Assembly (NCBI GenBank): GCA_963798485.1 | Contig: CAWCTR010000021.1 | Coordinates: 96,001-160,000 of the forward strand | Origin: an uncultured delta proteobacterium | GTDB taxonomy: Bacteria; Desulfobacterota; Desulfomonilia; UBA1062 | Direction: 5' to 3' | DNA: 64,000 nt | Shown: piece after piece, positions 32,581 to 41,677 of the stretch | Numbering within the stretch: the first letter of the stretch is position 1 | Layout: every line of letters begins with the position of its first letter | The notes under the pieces: generated by a model | Seen by the model: the letters and a program-made list of their open reading frames with translations, nothing else | The model's database searches: none | Told to the model about the DNA's origin: nothing | Made by a program: the position numbers and the translations under genes

Positions 32581-33951
32581 ATGCCCAAGGATGAACCATA
32601 CCGGAGCATACCAAAAGTGGACATGGTGCTGAAAGAGCCAATCCTTCAGGAGCTGCCTTATGATATGGCGATTATCAAGAGGCTCCTCAGGGACAAACTG
32701 GACTTCATAAGGACGGCAATCACACAGGGCATGCTCACTGTAAGCCCTAATGCGTCCATTGTGGCCCGAGAGGTTGCAGGTCATGTCAGGACTGTCATGG
32801 AATCTGGGCTGAAAGAAGTCATCAATGCCGCAGGCGTTGTCGTCTTCACTAATCTTGGCAGGGCCCCCATGGCGAAAGAGGCTATCGATGCGGTTCTTCA
32901 TGTTGCATCTACCTATTCAGACCTGGAGTACAACCTTGCAGAAGGCAAGAGGGGCTCCAGGCAGGATCATATCCGTCCATTGACCATGGCCTGTTTTGGG
33001 GCACCCGATGCCCTGGTAGTCAACAACAATGCTGCTGCTGTTATGCTTGTAATCGCAAGCCTCGCAAAGGGCTGCGAGGTTATCATTTCACGCGGCGAGT
33101 TGGTGGAGATAGGCGGTTCTTTCCGGATGCCCGATGTAATGTCAATGAGCGGCGCCGTTATGAAAGAGGTCGGGACAACGAACAAGACCAAGATCACTGA
33201 TTATAAAAACGCCATCACAAACAATACTGCGCTCATCATGAAGGTGCACAGGAGCAACTTTTCCATCGTAGGATTCACCGAAGAGATGGGGATTGATGAT
33301 CTGTCCTCATTAAGCCGTGATTTCGGCATACCATTTTTTGTGGACATGGGTTCAGGTGTTCCCTTTGACCTCAGCCCATCAGGCATCAAAGGAGAATGGA
33401 CCATCCCCATGTGTCTCCAGCAGGGGGCTGATATCATCAGTTTCAGCGGAGACAAGGTGCTGGGCGGCCCCCAGGCAGGTATCATCCTTGGGAAGGCCGA
33501 GTTTATCGAGACTATGGCCAGGCACCCTCTTCACCGGGCCATAAGGGCGGACAAGCTCACCATAGCCGCATTGGCTGCAACGTTACGGCTCCTTGCCCAG
33601 GGCAGGATCGATCGTATCCCTGTGTTGAGGATGATAACCGAGCCGGTTGGCGATGTGAAGAAACGCGCCCAGCGGTTATCGAGGCTCATCAAGAATCATG
33701 GTCCCCGGATCGTCTCCACACAGGCAGTCATAGGCGGGGGGTCAGCGCCTACCAAGAGTTTCCCCTCTTACGGGGTGCTAATTCAGGACCCGCAGCCGCA
33801 GCAGTTGCTTGCAAGTCTCAGGTTATGCACCCCAGCCGTGCTCTGTCGGGTCGAGGAAGACTCGCTCATCTTTGACCTGAAGACTGTGGAACAACAGGAA
33901 ATCAGTATTCTGGCCCACAAGATCAACGAGGTGCTTTCCCGTGAAGCTTAA
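32581..33951 (+). CDS. selA: L-seryl-tRNA(Sec) selenium transferase
   Basis: VINAAGVVVFTNLGRAP, VVNNNAAAV, SRGELVEIGGSFR, EVGTTNKT, PLP-Lys motif SGDKVLGGPQAG. Confidence 0.96.
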   Translation: MPKDEPYRSIPKVDMVLKEPILQELPYDMAIIKRLLRDKLDFIRTAITQGMLTVSPNASIVAREVAGHVRTVMESGLKEVINAAGVVVFTNLGRAPMAKEAIDAVLHVASTYSDLEYNLAEGKRGSRQDHIRPLTMACFGAPDALVVNNNAAAVMLVIASLAKGCEVIISRGELVEIGGSFRMPDVMSMSGAVMKEVGTTNKTKITDYKNAITNNTALIMKVHRSNFSIVGFTEEMGIDDLSSLSRDFGIPFFVDMGSGVPFDLSPSGIKGEWTIPMCLQQGADIISFSGDKVLGGPQAGIILGKAEFIETMARHPLHRAIRADKLTIAALAATLRLLAQGRIDRIPVLRMITEPVGDVKKRAQRLSRLIKNHGPRIVSTQAVIGGGSAPTKSFPSYGVLIQDPQPQQLLASLRLCTPAVLCRVEEDSLIFDLKTVEQQEISILAHKINEVLSREA

Positions 33952-34846
33952 GGTAGGGTTTGCCCTGGGTGGGGGGGGTGTTCGAGGTCTTGCAAGCATC
34001 GGGGTATTAAAGGCGCTATTGGAATCCGGGATAATCCCTGATGTTATTGCAGGCACAAGTATGGGCGCCATTGTAGGCTCGCTCTATGCCGATAGTGGCG
34101 ATATCGGTTTTGTTGAGAGAACCATTACAAAGATGCTGACATCTGAGGAATTCCGCCAGAAGGTACGCAGGCTTTCCAGTTCAGGAGATATGGACAGGGG
34201 GTTTCTTGACAGAATATTTGAGACTGCAAAGAAAGGATATTTCTTTTACCGGTTTCTCTTCAGGGAATCGGTGGTATCTGCCGAGGCATTTTTCACAGAG
34301 ATTGACCGGATCATCCCGGATAAAAACTTCTTGGAACTCAAGGTCCCTTTTGCATGCATGGCGCTCGACATTGTCTCGGGATATCCTCAGATCCTGCATT
34401 CGGGTATGACCAGGCAGGCAGTAAAGGCATCGAGCGCCGTGCCCGGCATCCTGCCGCCTGTCGCAATCGACGGAAGGATGTGCGTTGACGGAGGCTGGGT
34501 GGAATCGGTTCCTATCTCGGCAGCCAGGGTACTTGGCGCAGGATTTGTAATAGGTGTGGATGTTTCCCGTGAGACAACCCCTATCGATTATAAGGAAGAG
34601 ATCAAGAACAGCATGGACATCCTCTTCAGGGCAGGAGACATCACCCGTTCGCTCATGAACACATTGAGGACACGTGATGCAGACTTTATCATAAACCCTG
34701 TCGTAGGTGATGCCCAATGGTCTGAGTTCGAAGATATCGAAACCTACATAACCGCCGGCTATCGGGCCGGGATAAAGGCCATCCCCGGCATTAGGAAGGC
34801 ATTGAGATCATCCAGGTTCAAGGCATTGCTGTGGATGAAAAGATAG
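33941..34846 (+). CDS. Patatin-like phospholipase
   Basis: ALGGGGVRG, GTSMG nucleophile, DGG. Confidence 0.92.
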   Translation: MKLKVGFALGGGGVRGLASIGVLKALLESGIIPDVIAGTSMGAIVGSLYADSGDIGFVERTITKMLTSEEFRQKVRRLSSSGDMDRGFLDRIFETAKKGYFFYRFLFRESVVSAEAFFTEIDRIIPDKNFLELKVPFACMALDIVSGYPQILHSGMTRQAVKASSAVPGILPPVAIDGRMCVDGGWVESVPISAARVLGAGFVIGVDVSRETTPIDYKEEIKNSMDILFRAGDITRSLMNTLRTRDADFIINPVVGDAQWSEFEDIETYITAGYRAGIKAIPGIRKALRSSRFKALLWMKR

Positions 34847-35808
34847 ATTTTATTGCCGGGTATGCAGAATATGGCATCCGTTTGGATGTCATTCTTGCAA
34901 GGCATCTGTCCATTAGCCGGTCATTCGCGGCAAGGCTCATTGACGAAGGCCTAGTTATGGTTGAGGGCAGTGTGAGGCGGCCGTCATTCAAGCCTAAAAA
35001 CGGCATGAGGGTACATGGCGTTTATAGTACAATAGATAAGAGTGCACCGCTTAAGGCCTGTGAGATACCCCTTGATGTCATCTATGAAGACCAGTGGATC
35101 ATTGTCATCAACAAGCCCGCAGGTCTTACGGTTCATCCTGGAGCAGGCAATGCCGATGGCACATTGGTGAACGCGCTCTTGGACAAATACCCCATGATCA
35201 GGGGTGTAGGTGATCCCGGCAGGCCCGGCATTGTCCACCGGCTTGATAAGATGACCTCGGGGGTGATGGTGGTGGCAAGAAGCAACGATTCTTATTCAAT
35301 CCTGGCCAATGCATTTAAGACACATGAGCACAGCAGAGAGTATGTTGCCATATGCTATGGGCATATGCCGCAGACACAGGGCACCATCGAGACATTCATG
35401 CAGAGAAACCCCAAGGATAGAAAAAGGATGACCTCACATGCGGATAAAGGGAGAAGGGCTGTAACCCATTGGGAGGTAATCAGGCAGTGGAAGGGGTTCT
35501 CCTTACTGCTGCTCACTCTGCAGACCGGCAGGACCCACCAGATCCGCGTACACCTGTCCGACATGGACCATCCTGTTGTCGGGGATGCACAATACGGCGG
35601 CAGGAGGAGGGCAAACAGCATTGAAGATCCCCTCCTTCAATCATATATGAAGGCACTTGAAAGACAGATGCTCCATGCCCTCACCCTCGGTATCACGCAC
35701 CCGATCACGAATAAGCAGATGGAATTCAGAAGCGAGATGCCCGAAGATATGAATGGGGTAATCCGGATGCTTGATGAGAGGGACCCTTACTGGGTGAGGC
35801 GTGAATAG
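34831..35808 (+). CDS. rluD: RluA/RluD-family 23S rRNA pseudouridine synthase
   Basis: S4 domain RLD, NKPAGLTVHP, HRLDKMTSG, TGRTHQIRVH, QMLHA. Confidence 0.9.
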   Translation: MDEKIDFIAGYAEYGIRLDVILARHLSISRSFAARLIDEGLVMVEGSVRRPSFKPKNGMRVHGVYSTIDKSAPLKACEIPLDVIYEDQWIIVINKPAGLTVHPGAGNADGTLVNALLDKYPMIRGVGDPGRPGIVHRLDKMTSGVMVVARSNDSYSILANAFKTHEHSREYVAICYGHMPQTQGTIETFMQRNPKDRKRMTSHADKGRRAVTHWEVIRQWKGFSLLLLTLQTGRTHQIRVHLSDMDHPVVGDAQYGGRRRANSIEDPLLQSYMKALERQMLHALTLGITHPITNKQMEFRSEMPEDMNGVIRMLDERDPYWVRRE

Positions 35809-35916
35809 TTAAAGACTGAAGAAACAGGTCTGGAAGGTTGCTGTCAGATAAACTGCCTTGGGCCATAAGTCACGTCGCCCCTTGACAATCAATCACCATT
35901 GCCCGATCATGCTATC

Positions 35917-36327
35917 ATGCAAAGGCTTGGAGACATACTGGCAAGGAGCAATGAACAGATAGGCCAGATCATGATGGTTCGCCAAAACTGGAAAGAAATT
36001 GCCGGTGAGGTGCTGTCTGTTCATGCTGAACCGGTCGTGATCAAGAAAAAGATCCTGCTGGTGATGTGCGATTCACCTGCGTGGGCCCAGCAGATAGGAA
36101 TGCTGACAAAGGTGCTTGAAAAGCAGATAAAGGACATAACCGGGATAAAGGTTCAGAAGGTGGAAGGCAAATTCGGCATGGTGCGGGAACCCCCTCAAAA
36201 GGGCAAAACCATACGGGTAATAAAGAAGCCGGATATAGACCCTGAGGATATGAAGTGGTTGAAAGACCCGAAGCTGGCAGAGGCGGTACGCGAATTGATC
36301 AGCCTGGACGGGATCGGCAATGACTGA
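35917..36327 (+). CDS. DUF721/DciA-family protein
   Basis: WKEIAGEVLSVHAEP, LLVMCDSPAWAQQI, basic C-terminal tail. Confidence 0.75.
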   Translation: MQRLGDILARSNEQIGQIMMVRQNWKEIAGEVLSVHAEPVVIKKKILLVMCDSPAWAQQIGMLTKVLEKQIKDITGIKVQKVEGKFGMVREPPQKGKTIRVIKKPDIDPEDMKWLKDPKLAEAVRELISLDGIGND

Positions 36328-37006
36328 AGAGAGAAAGATTATAACGACTTCTCTGATGATATTGGCTGCATGCCTTATTGGGGTCTTCTCTCTGGTGGCA
36401 GTCTCATGCGATATGATCCCGCCTCTTACCTATACTAATCTTAAAACCCCTAAGGGCCTTCTTGATTTTCTTGAATCACGCCGCCAGGATTTACAGGCCA
36501 TAAAGGTGAACCGGCATATGCTGGAAATCGGCAAGAGACCATCCTTGCAAGTTCTCAAGGGCTATAACCATGTGATGTATCAGATGAGGCCCTATCGACA
36601 GATAAACCTGAAATTCAGAAATTTTACCAAGGCCGAGCTCATGGACTTCTGTACGAATATCACAGCAGGCGGCCTGGAGAACCTGAGGGCCTTAATAGCA
36701 TCGGGCACTGGATATTCCCCGGCATGGAAGGGTGCCATAAAGGGGCGCAAGGTTGAAATCGTAAGGGTGACCCAGTTCAGCTATCTTGTTACCGGCCTGG
36801 CGGATAAGCCGCTTTTCATGGGGCAAGTAGATCTTGCCAAGCGTCTTGGAATGGACGATGCGTCTATATTGAGCTCTTTGATCCCCTTGCAAGACAGCTG
36901 GCTCGAAAATTTCAAAGCAGATATATCCATGGGTAAACCTTATCCGGTAGTTTTTTTAGGTAAATCGCGTGATAACCTTATCGAATGGCTTGGTGTTTCT
37001 GAATGA
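36320..37006 (+). CDS. Hypothetical exported protein or lipoprotein
   Basis: 228-aa ORF overlapping the DUF721 stop; hydrophobic N-terminus ending VAVS-C. Confidence 0.6.
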   Translation: MTEERKIITTSLMILAACLIGVFSLVAVSCDMIPPLTYTNLKTPKGLLDFLESRRQDLQAIKVNRHMLEIGKRPSLQVLKGYNHVMYQMRPYRQINLKFRNFTKAELMDFCTNITAGGLENLRALIASGTGYSPAWKGAIKGRKVEIVRVTQFSYLVTGLADKPLFMGQVDLAKRLGMDDASILSSLIPLQDSWLENFKADISMGKPYPVVFLGKSRDNLIEWLGVSE

Positions 37007-37123
37007 AATCGGATCGCAAACCTAATCAGTCATGGGTATATCATATTCTGTATGCGCACTCACTCCCTTACCAAAACTAGATTGCTGAAATCCTGATAAT
37101 TCATCCACATATAAGGGGATGAC

Positions 37124-37166
37124 AAAAAAACCCCAGATAACCTCATACTATGTCCGATTATCTGGG
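37124..37166 (-). terminator. Rho-independent terminator of tRNA-Leu
   Basis: CCCAGATAA..TTATCTGGG stem followed by T7 on the minus strand. Confidence 0.75.
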
Positions 37167-37176
37167 AATATTTGAT

Positions 37177-37263
37177 TGGTGCCGGGAACAGGACTTGAAC
37201 CTGCACGAGCTTGCACCCACTAGAACCTGAATCTAGCGCGTCTGCCAATTCCGCCATCCCGGC
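37177..37263 (-). tRNA. tRNA-Leu(CAG)
   Basis: GCCGGGA acceptor stem, anticodon arm CTAGA-TTCAGGT-TCTAG, long variable arm, GTTCAAGTC T-loop, encoded CCA; 87 nt. Confidence 0.97.
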
Positions 37264-37335
37264 ATGCTTTCGCTTGAAAACATTCAGTGTTTCCCCTATA
37301 GTTTGGAACCTAATAAAAGTCAAGGATGGATGTGG

Positions 37336-38289
37336 ATGGAAGTCTTCAGGGGCACTGAGGCTATGAGTAAAGATATGTTGAAAAAGCCGGTGATCACTAT
37401 CGGAAATTTCGACGGATGCCACAAAGGCCATCAGGAGATATTCCGCCGGACACGCACCCATGCATCGCGTATTGGCGGAGTTTCCGTGGCATACACCTTT
37501 GACCCCCATCCTGCTTCAGTTATTAAAGGTATCACCCCTCAGCTTATCTTTACCTTAGATGAAAAGATCAAGGCCATTGAATCGTTAGGCATGGACTGTC
37601 TCATCATTGCACCCTTTACCAGAGAATATGCTGACACCCAGCCAGAGGTGTTTCTGAAGGAGACCATTGTTCGCAGGCTCGGGGCATCCGGTATGGTGGT
37701 GGGGCACGATTTTTCTTTTGGTAAAAAGGCGCTGGGAGATATCCCTTTTCTTAAGCGCATGGGTTTCAAGATGGGGTTTTTTGTAGAATGCGTAGACCCG
37801 GTAATTATAAATGGAGAGGTGATATCAAGTACACGAATCAGGAAGCTGATACAATCGGGAGACGTAACAAGCGCTGCAAGACTCATGCTTCATCCCTACC
37901 GTATTGACGGCCCGGTCATCCACGGTATGGCAAGAGGGAGAGGTCTTGGGTATCCAACGGCGAATATCCAGCCCAATAAGGCCCTGCTGCCGGCATACGG
38001 GGTTTATGCCGTACGCGTGTACAATAAAGATCAAGCATGGGATGCGATCGTTAATATTGGAAACAATCCCACCTTTGGGGATGTAAGTACCTCCATCGAG
38101 GCATTTTTGTTCGACTTTGAGGGAGATCTCTACAATACAGAGATCACGGTGGAATTTATCGAGCACATCCGCGGCGAGATCAAGTTTGCCGACAAGCGGT
38201 ACCTCATTGAGCAGATCGAGGCTGACTGTCTCAAGGCCAGAGAGATCCTCAAGAAAAGGCATATAAGTGAAGATATTCGCCATATCTGA
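37336..38289 (+). CDS. ribF: Bifunctional riboflavin kinase/FAD synthetase
   Basis: IGNFDGCHKGHQ, TFDPHP, VGHDFSFG, ISSTRIR, GYPTAN, NIGNNPTF, IRGEIKF. Confidence 0.96.
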   Translation: MEVFRGTEAMSKDMLKKPVITIGNFDGCHKGHQEIFRRTRTHASRIGGVSVAYTFDPHPASVIKGITPQLIFTLDEKIKAIESLGMDCLIIAPFTREYADTQPEVFLKETIVRRLGASGMVVGHDFSFGKKALGDIPFLKRMGFKMGFFVECVDPVIINGEVISSTRIRKLIQSGDVTSAARLMLHPYRIDGPVIHGMARGRGLGYPTANIQPNKALLPAYGVYAVRVYNKDQAWDAIVNIGNNPTFGDVSTSIEAFLFDFEGDLYNTEITVEFIEHIRGEIKFADKRYLIEQIEADCLKAREILKKRHISEDIRHI

Positions 38290-38977
38290 TCTCCATCTCT
38301 CGTTTCATGCAGACAAACCCATGGACATCTTCGGTTCACACTGGGAGGATCACCCCCAACGGCTCAAGAATGCCTGGGGTGAAGCAGTCAAAGATTGCGA
38401 TATTGTGCTTATCCCTGGAGACATCTCTTGGTCTATGAAACTTCATGACGCTGCATCCGACCTTGAATTCATCGACGCCTTGCCCGGTACAAAGGTGATC
38501 ATAAAAGGGAACCATGACTACTGGTGGAGTTCTTTCAGCAAGGTGAAGCAGATCCTGCCCAAGTCTATTATTCCCCTTCAGAACACAGCAATCATGTTCG
38601 GGCATATTGGTATTGCAGGCTCGCGGCTCTGGATCGACCCGGACCTCAGGCTGGAAGCAGCAACCGATGAAGACCGCAAGATCCATGAACGTGAGTTGGG
38701 AAGATTTGCACTGTCCCTGAAGGCATTAAACAATGATGCACATTTGAGGATCATTATGACTCACTTTCCGCCCATTTCTTTAGAAGGGAAGCCTGGCAAT
38801 GCCGTTCATATAGCGACCCCCTTCAGATGTTCTATCTGGGTATTCGGTCATATGCATTTGGGTACGGTAAACTATAACGGATTTGATCGTACCATAGGCA
38901 CAACAAGGTTCCAGTTTGTATCGGCAGACTTCCTCGACTTTTGTCCCAAACTTATCTATGATACGGATAATCCTTGA
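38267..38977 (+). CDS. Calcineurin-like metallophosphoesterase
   Basis: DLH, GDISW, GNHD, THFPP, GHMH. Confidence 0.9.
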   Translation: MKIFAISDLHLSFHADKPMDIFGSHWEDHPQRLKNAWGEAVKDCDIVLIPGDISWSMKLHDAASDLEFIDALPGTKVIIKGNHDYWWSSFSKVKQILPKSIIPLQNTAIMFGHIGIAGSRLWIDPDLRLEAATDEDRKIHERELGRFALSLKALNNDAHLRIIMTHFPPISLEGKPGNAVHIATPFRCSIWVFGHMHLGTVNYNGFDRTIGTTRFQFVSADFLDFCPKLIYDTDNP

Positions 38978-39066
38978 AGTTGATACTTGTTTTTCATGAT
39001 CATATAGGTGTATTTTAAGAAGTTAAGAACATTATAACATTTCATACATTGATTTGAGGGAGAGAG

Positions 39067-39816
39067 ATGGATAAGAAATTAAAGATGTCCGGGCTGTCGC
39101 GGATAGAAAAATCTCCTGATATACCGACACTGGTCATGAATCAGATTATAGAGCTCATATCGCAAGGAAAGCTCAAGATCGGCGATAAATTGCCTTCAGA
39201 GCAGGAGATGACCCAGCTCTTCGGGATCAGCAGGATCTCGTTAAGAGAGGCCATGAAGCTTCTTGAGGCCAAAGGTTACATCGAATCAAGAGATAGGAAA
39301 GGGAAGTTTGTCAAATCGCTGACCGACAAGGTGAAATCCTCCATAGAAGACCTTATATCCGTTGATCATGAAAAGATTTGGGAACTGCTTGCCGTTCGCA
39401 GACTCATCGACTCAGAGGCAGCTTATCTTGCTGCCAAAAACGTCTCAAAAGAACAGAAGAATCGTTTCAAAAAGATTATCGCCGTTCTCGACAAGATCGG
39501 TATTGAAAAGATACTCACCTCTAAAGAAGGGGGCATACTGTATTCAGACTTCTTCGATATCATGGCGGATTCCACCAGGAATACCATATTTTTACACCTG
39601 AGGAAATCTGTTACAACCATATTAACAGGCGCTTTCCCCTTCAGCAGGAAACAATTATCCACTGTACCAGGCAGTTCCAAGGACATCACCAAACAACTGA
39701 TGAAGATTTATGATGCCATCGAGAATAGAGACCCTGATGCCGCCAAGGCTGCAACCATAGAACATATCGACTACATCGAGAAGTCATTGAGAAGGGCTTT
39801 AAAGGAAGAAAAATAA
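39067..39816 (+). CDS. GntR/FadR-family transcriptional regulator
   Basis: GDKLPSEQEM..FGISRISLREAM wHTH plus FCD-like C-terminal domain. Confidence 0.92.
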   Translation: MDKKLKMSGLSRIEKSPDIPTLVMNQIIELISQGKLKIGDKLPSEQEMTQLFGISRISLREAMKLLEAKGYIESRDRKGKFVKSLTDKVKSSIEDLISVDHEKIWELLAVRRLIDSEAAYLAAKNVSKEQKNRFKKIIAVLDKIGIEKILTSKEGGILYSDFFDIMADSTRNTIFLHLRKSVTTILTGAFPFSRKQLSTVPGSSKDITKQLMKIYDAIENRDPDAAKAATIEHIDYIEKSLRRALKEEK

Positions 39817-39890
39817 TTTGTTCTCGTATTGACATTGTGAGATGTGACCTTATCTAGGGATTACTGATAAAATTCCCTGGGAGGTTATGT

Positions 39891-40343
39891 ATGATAGCTA
39901 TTGGTGATACAGTTGGAAATTTCACCCTAAAGGACCAGCATGGCAAGGACTTCACCCTCTCTGAATATGCAGGCAAAAAGGTGCTGCTCTCGTTTCATCC
40001 TTTGGCATGGACCAGCGTTTGCGCCAAGCAGATGCAATCGCTCGAGGAAAATAGAGAATCGTTTGAGAAGAAAAACACTTTAGCAGTGGGTGTAAGCGTG
40101 GACAGCACACCATGCAAGAAGGCCTGGGCGAAAGAGCTGAAGATAGAAAACACCAGGTTACTTTCCGACTTCTGGCCCCACGGAGGGCTTGCGAACATGC
40201 TCGGTATTTTCAGGGATAAAGAAGGCTTCTCCGAACGGGCTAACATTATCATTGATGAAAAAGGGCATGCAATGTTCATCAAGGTATACCCTATTCACGA
40301 GCTTCCTGATATTAATGAGATCCTTTTATTTATAAACACATGA
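39891..40343 (+). CDS. Peroxiredoxin (AhpC/AhpE-like)
   Basis: FHPLAWTSVC, GVSVDS, LLSDFWPHG, SERANIIID. Confidence 0.9.
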   Translation: MIAIGDTVGNFTLKDQHGKDFTLSEYAGKKVLLSFHPLAWTSVCAKQMQSLEENRESFEKKNTLAVGVSVDSTPCKKAWAKELKIENTRLLSDFWPHGGLANMLGIFRDKEGFSERANIIIDEKGHAMFIKVYPIHELPDINEILLFINT

Positions 40344-40395
40344 TCTCCTTGCATTTGGTTATCACATGAACTAAGTGCAGCCAATGATTGAGAGC

Positions 40396-41643
40396 ATGCC
40401 CCATCTGGTTTTTGCAGACCGCAACGCTAACATCATGGATTTCCCAGGACTTGCTATGCTGGGTCGCAGCGGAGATTATTTTCTGCCAGTTTCCGAGCCG
40501 GACACAATACCTTTGCCCAAGGGGGCGCAGCTCTATGTTCTTCCAGATAGGCAACCAATAGGGCTGGATCGTGAAACCGGTGAGGTCGTGACGCTGAGCG
40601 AGAATCCCTATGACGGATCATATCCGGTCTTTGCTGTTGCTGCCTTCCTTCCGGCAGCCCATACCCAGACATATATAGCTGCTTGGGAGCGATCTCTGTG
40701 TGCAGTTGAACTCCCCCTGTTCGCATACACAGCCCTGGGCTGGAACGATGGCTTCGTGACAACAGCCACGCGGACCGACCCCTCCATAAGACAGGACCCT
40801 GACACATTTAACCATGAACACGTGGAGAAGGGTATAAGGGAATGGAAGGAGGAGTTGTATGGGAACAGGCTTGTTGATCATCTGTGCCATTGTGCTTCAG
40901 TATATGGCTGTCCTGCGGCGCTCAATCTATTTCAAGGCCGGGAGGAGGCACCCCTGCCCACATCGCCCTCATGCAATGCCTCCTGTGTAGGATGCATTTC
41001 AAAGCAGCCGAGTGATAGGCCGCCTTCGCCCCAGGACCGCATCCGCTTTGTACCGAGCCCCGAAGAGATCGCCGAAGTAGCCTTGAAGCACATAAGCACA
41101 GCCCTGGAACCGGTTGTAAGCTTTGGCCAGGGGTGCGAGGGCGAGCCGCTCATGGCAGCCGACACCATAAGGGATGCAATTGTGCTTATCAGAAAAAAAA
41201 CATCTATAGGGACAATAAACCTGAATACCAATGCGAGCTTGCCTCATAAGGTTGCAGAGCTTGCCGATGCAGGGCTTGACAGTATACGTATCAGCATGAA
41301 CTCACCAAGAGAAAATACCTATCAAGTCTATTTCAGGCAAACATACCCCTTTGAAGCCCTTGCCAATAGTGCATTGGAGATGAAGAAAAGACACCGGTTT
41401 GTATCAGTGAACCTGTTTGTATTCCCCGGCCTCACGGATGCCCCGAGAGAGGTAGATGCCCTGAGACGCTTCATAGACACTACCGGTGTAGACATGATCC
41501 AATGGCGTAATCTCAATATTGACCCGGATGTATACCTGGAAAGAATCGGTCAGAAACTCCCTGCAGGCATCGGCATCAGGCGACTCATCGAGAGCATCCC
41601 GCAGAGAAGGGGTTATTTTAATCCGTATTTAGGGATGAAATAA
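40396..41643 (+). CDS. Uncharacterised radical SAM protein
   Basis: CNASCVGC (CxxxCxxC), FGQGCEGEP, NTNAS, GLDSIRISMNS; ORF open from 40375. Confidence 0.88.
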   Translation: MPHLVFADRNANIMDFPGLAMLGRSGDYFLPVSEPDTIPLPKGAQLYVLPDRQPIGLDRETGEVVTLSENPYDGSYPVFAVAAFLPAAHTQTYIAAWERSLCAVELPLFAYTALGWNDGFVTTATRTDPSIRQDPDTFNHEHVEKGIREWKEELYGNRLVDHLCHCASVYGCPAALNLFQGREEAPLPTSPSCNASCVGCISKQPSDRPPSPQDRIRFVPSPEEIAEVALKHISTALEPVVSFGQGCEGEPLMAADTIRDAIVLIRKKTSIGTINLNTNASLPHKVAELADAGLDSIRISMNSPRENTYQVYFRQTYPFEALANSALEMKKRHRFVSVNLFVFPGLTDAPREVDALRRFIDTTGVDMIQWRNLNIDPDVYLERIGQKLPAGIGIRRLIESIPQRRGYFNPYLGMK

Positions 41644-41653
41644 TTGCATAATC

Positions 41654-41673
41654 GCGCCTAAAGGCGCTCCTAC
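41654..41673 (-). repeat. REP-like element (GTAG plus hairpin), copy 2
   Basis: GTAG-GA-GCGCCT-TT-AGGCGC between convergent genes. Confidence 0.7.
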
Positions 41674-41677
41674 AATC

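Noticed and set aside
33971-33978. G8 tract as a phase-variation site
   Set aside because: It encodes the conserved Gly-rich motif of patatin, which explains the run
37177-37263. tRNA as an integration site for an island
   Set aside because: No integrase and no duplicated tRNA 3' end in the window; flanking genes are housekeeping
37060-37509. 149-aa minus-strand ORF
   Set aside because: Shadow ORF spanning tRNA-Leu and the antisense strand of ribF
25335-40343. Selenoprotein peroxiredoxins, given that selA is present
   Set aside because: Both active-site codons are Cys (TGT and TGC); no in-frame TGA joining coding segments was seen in the window
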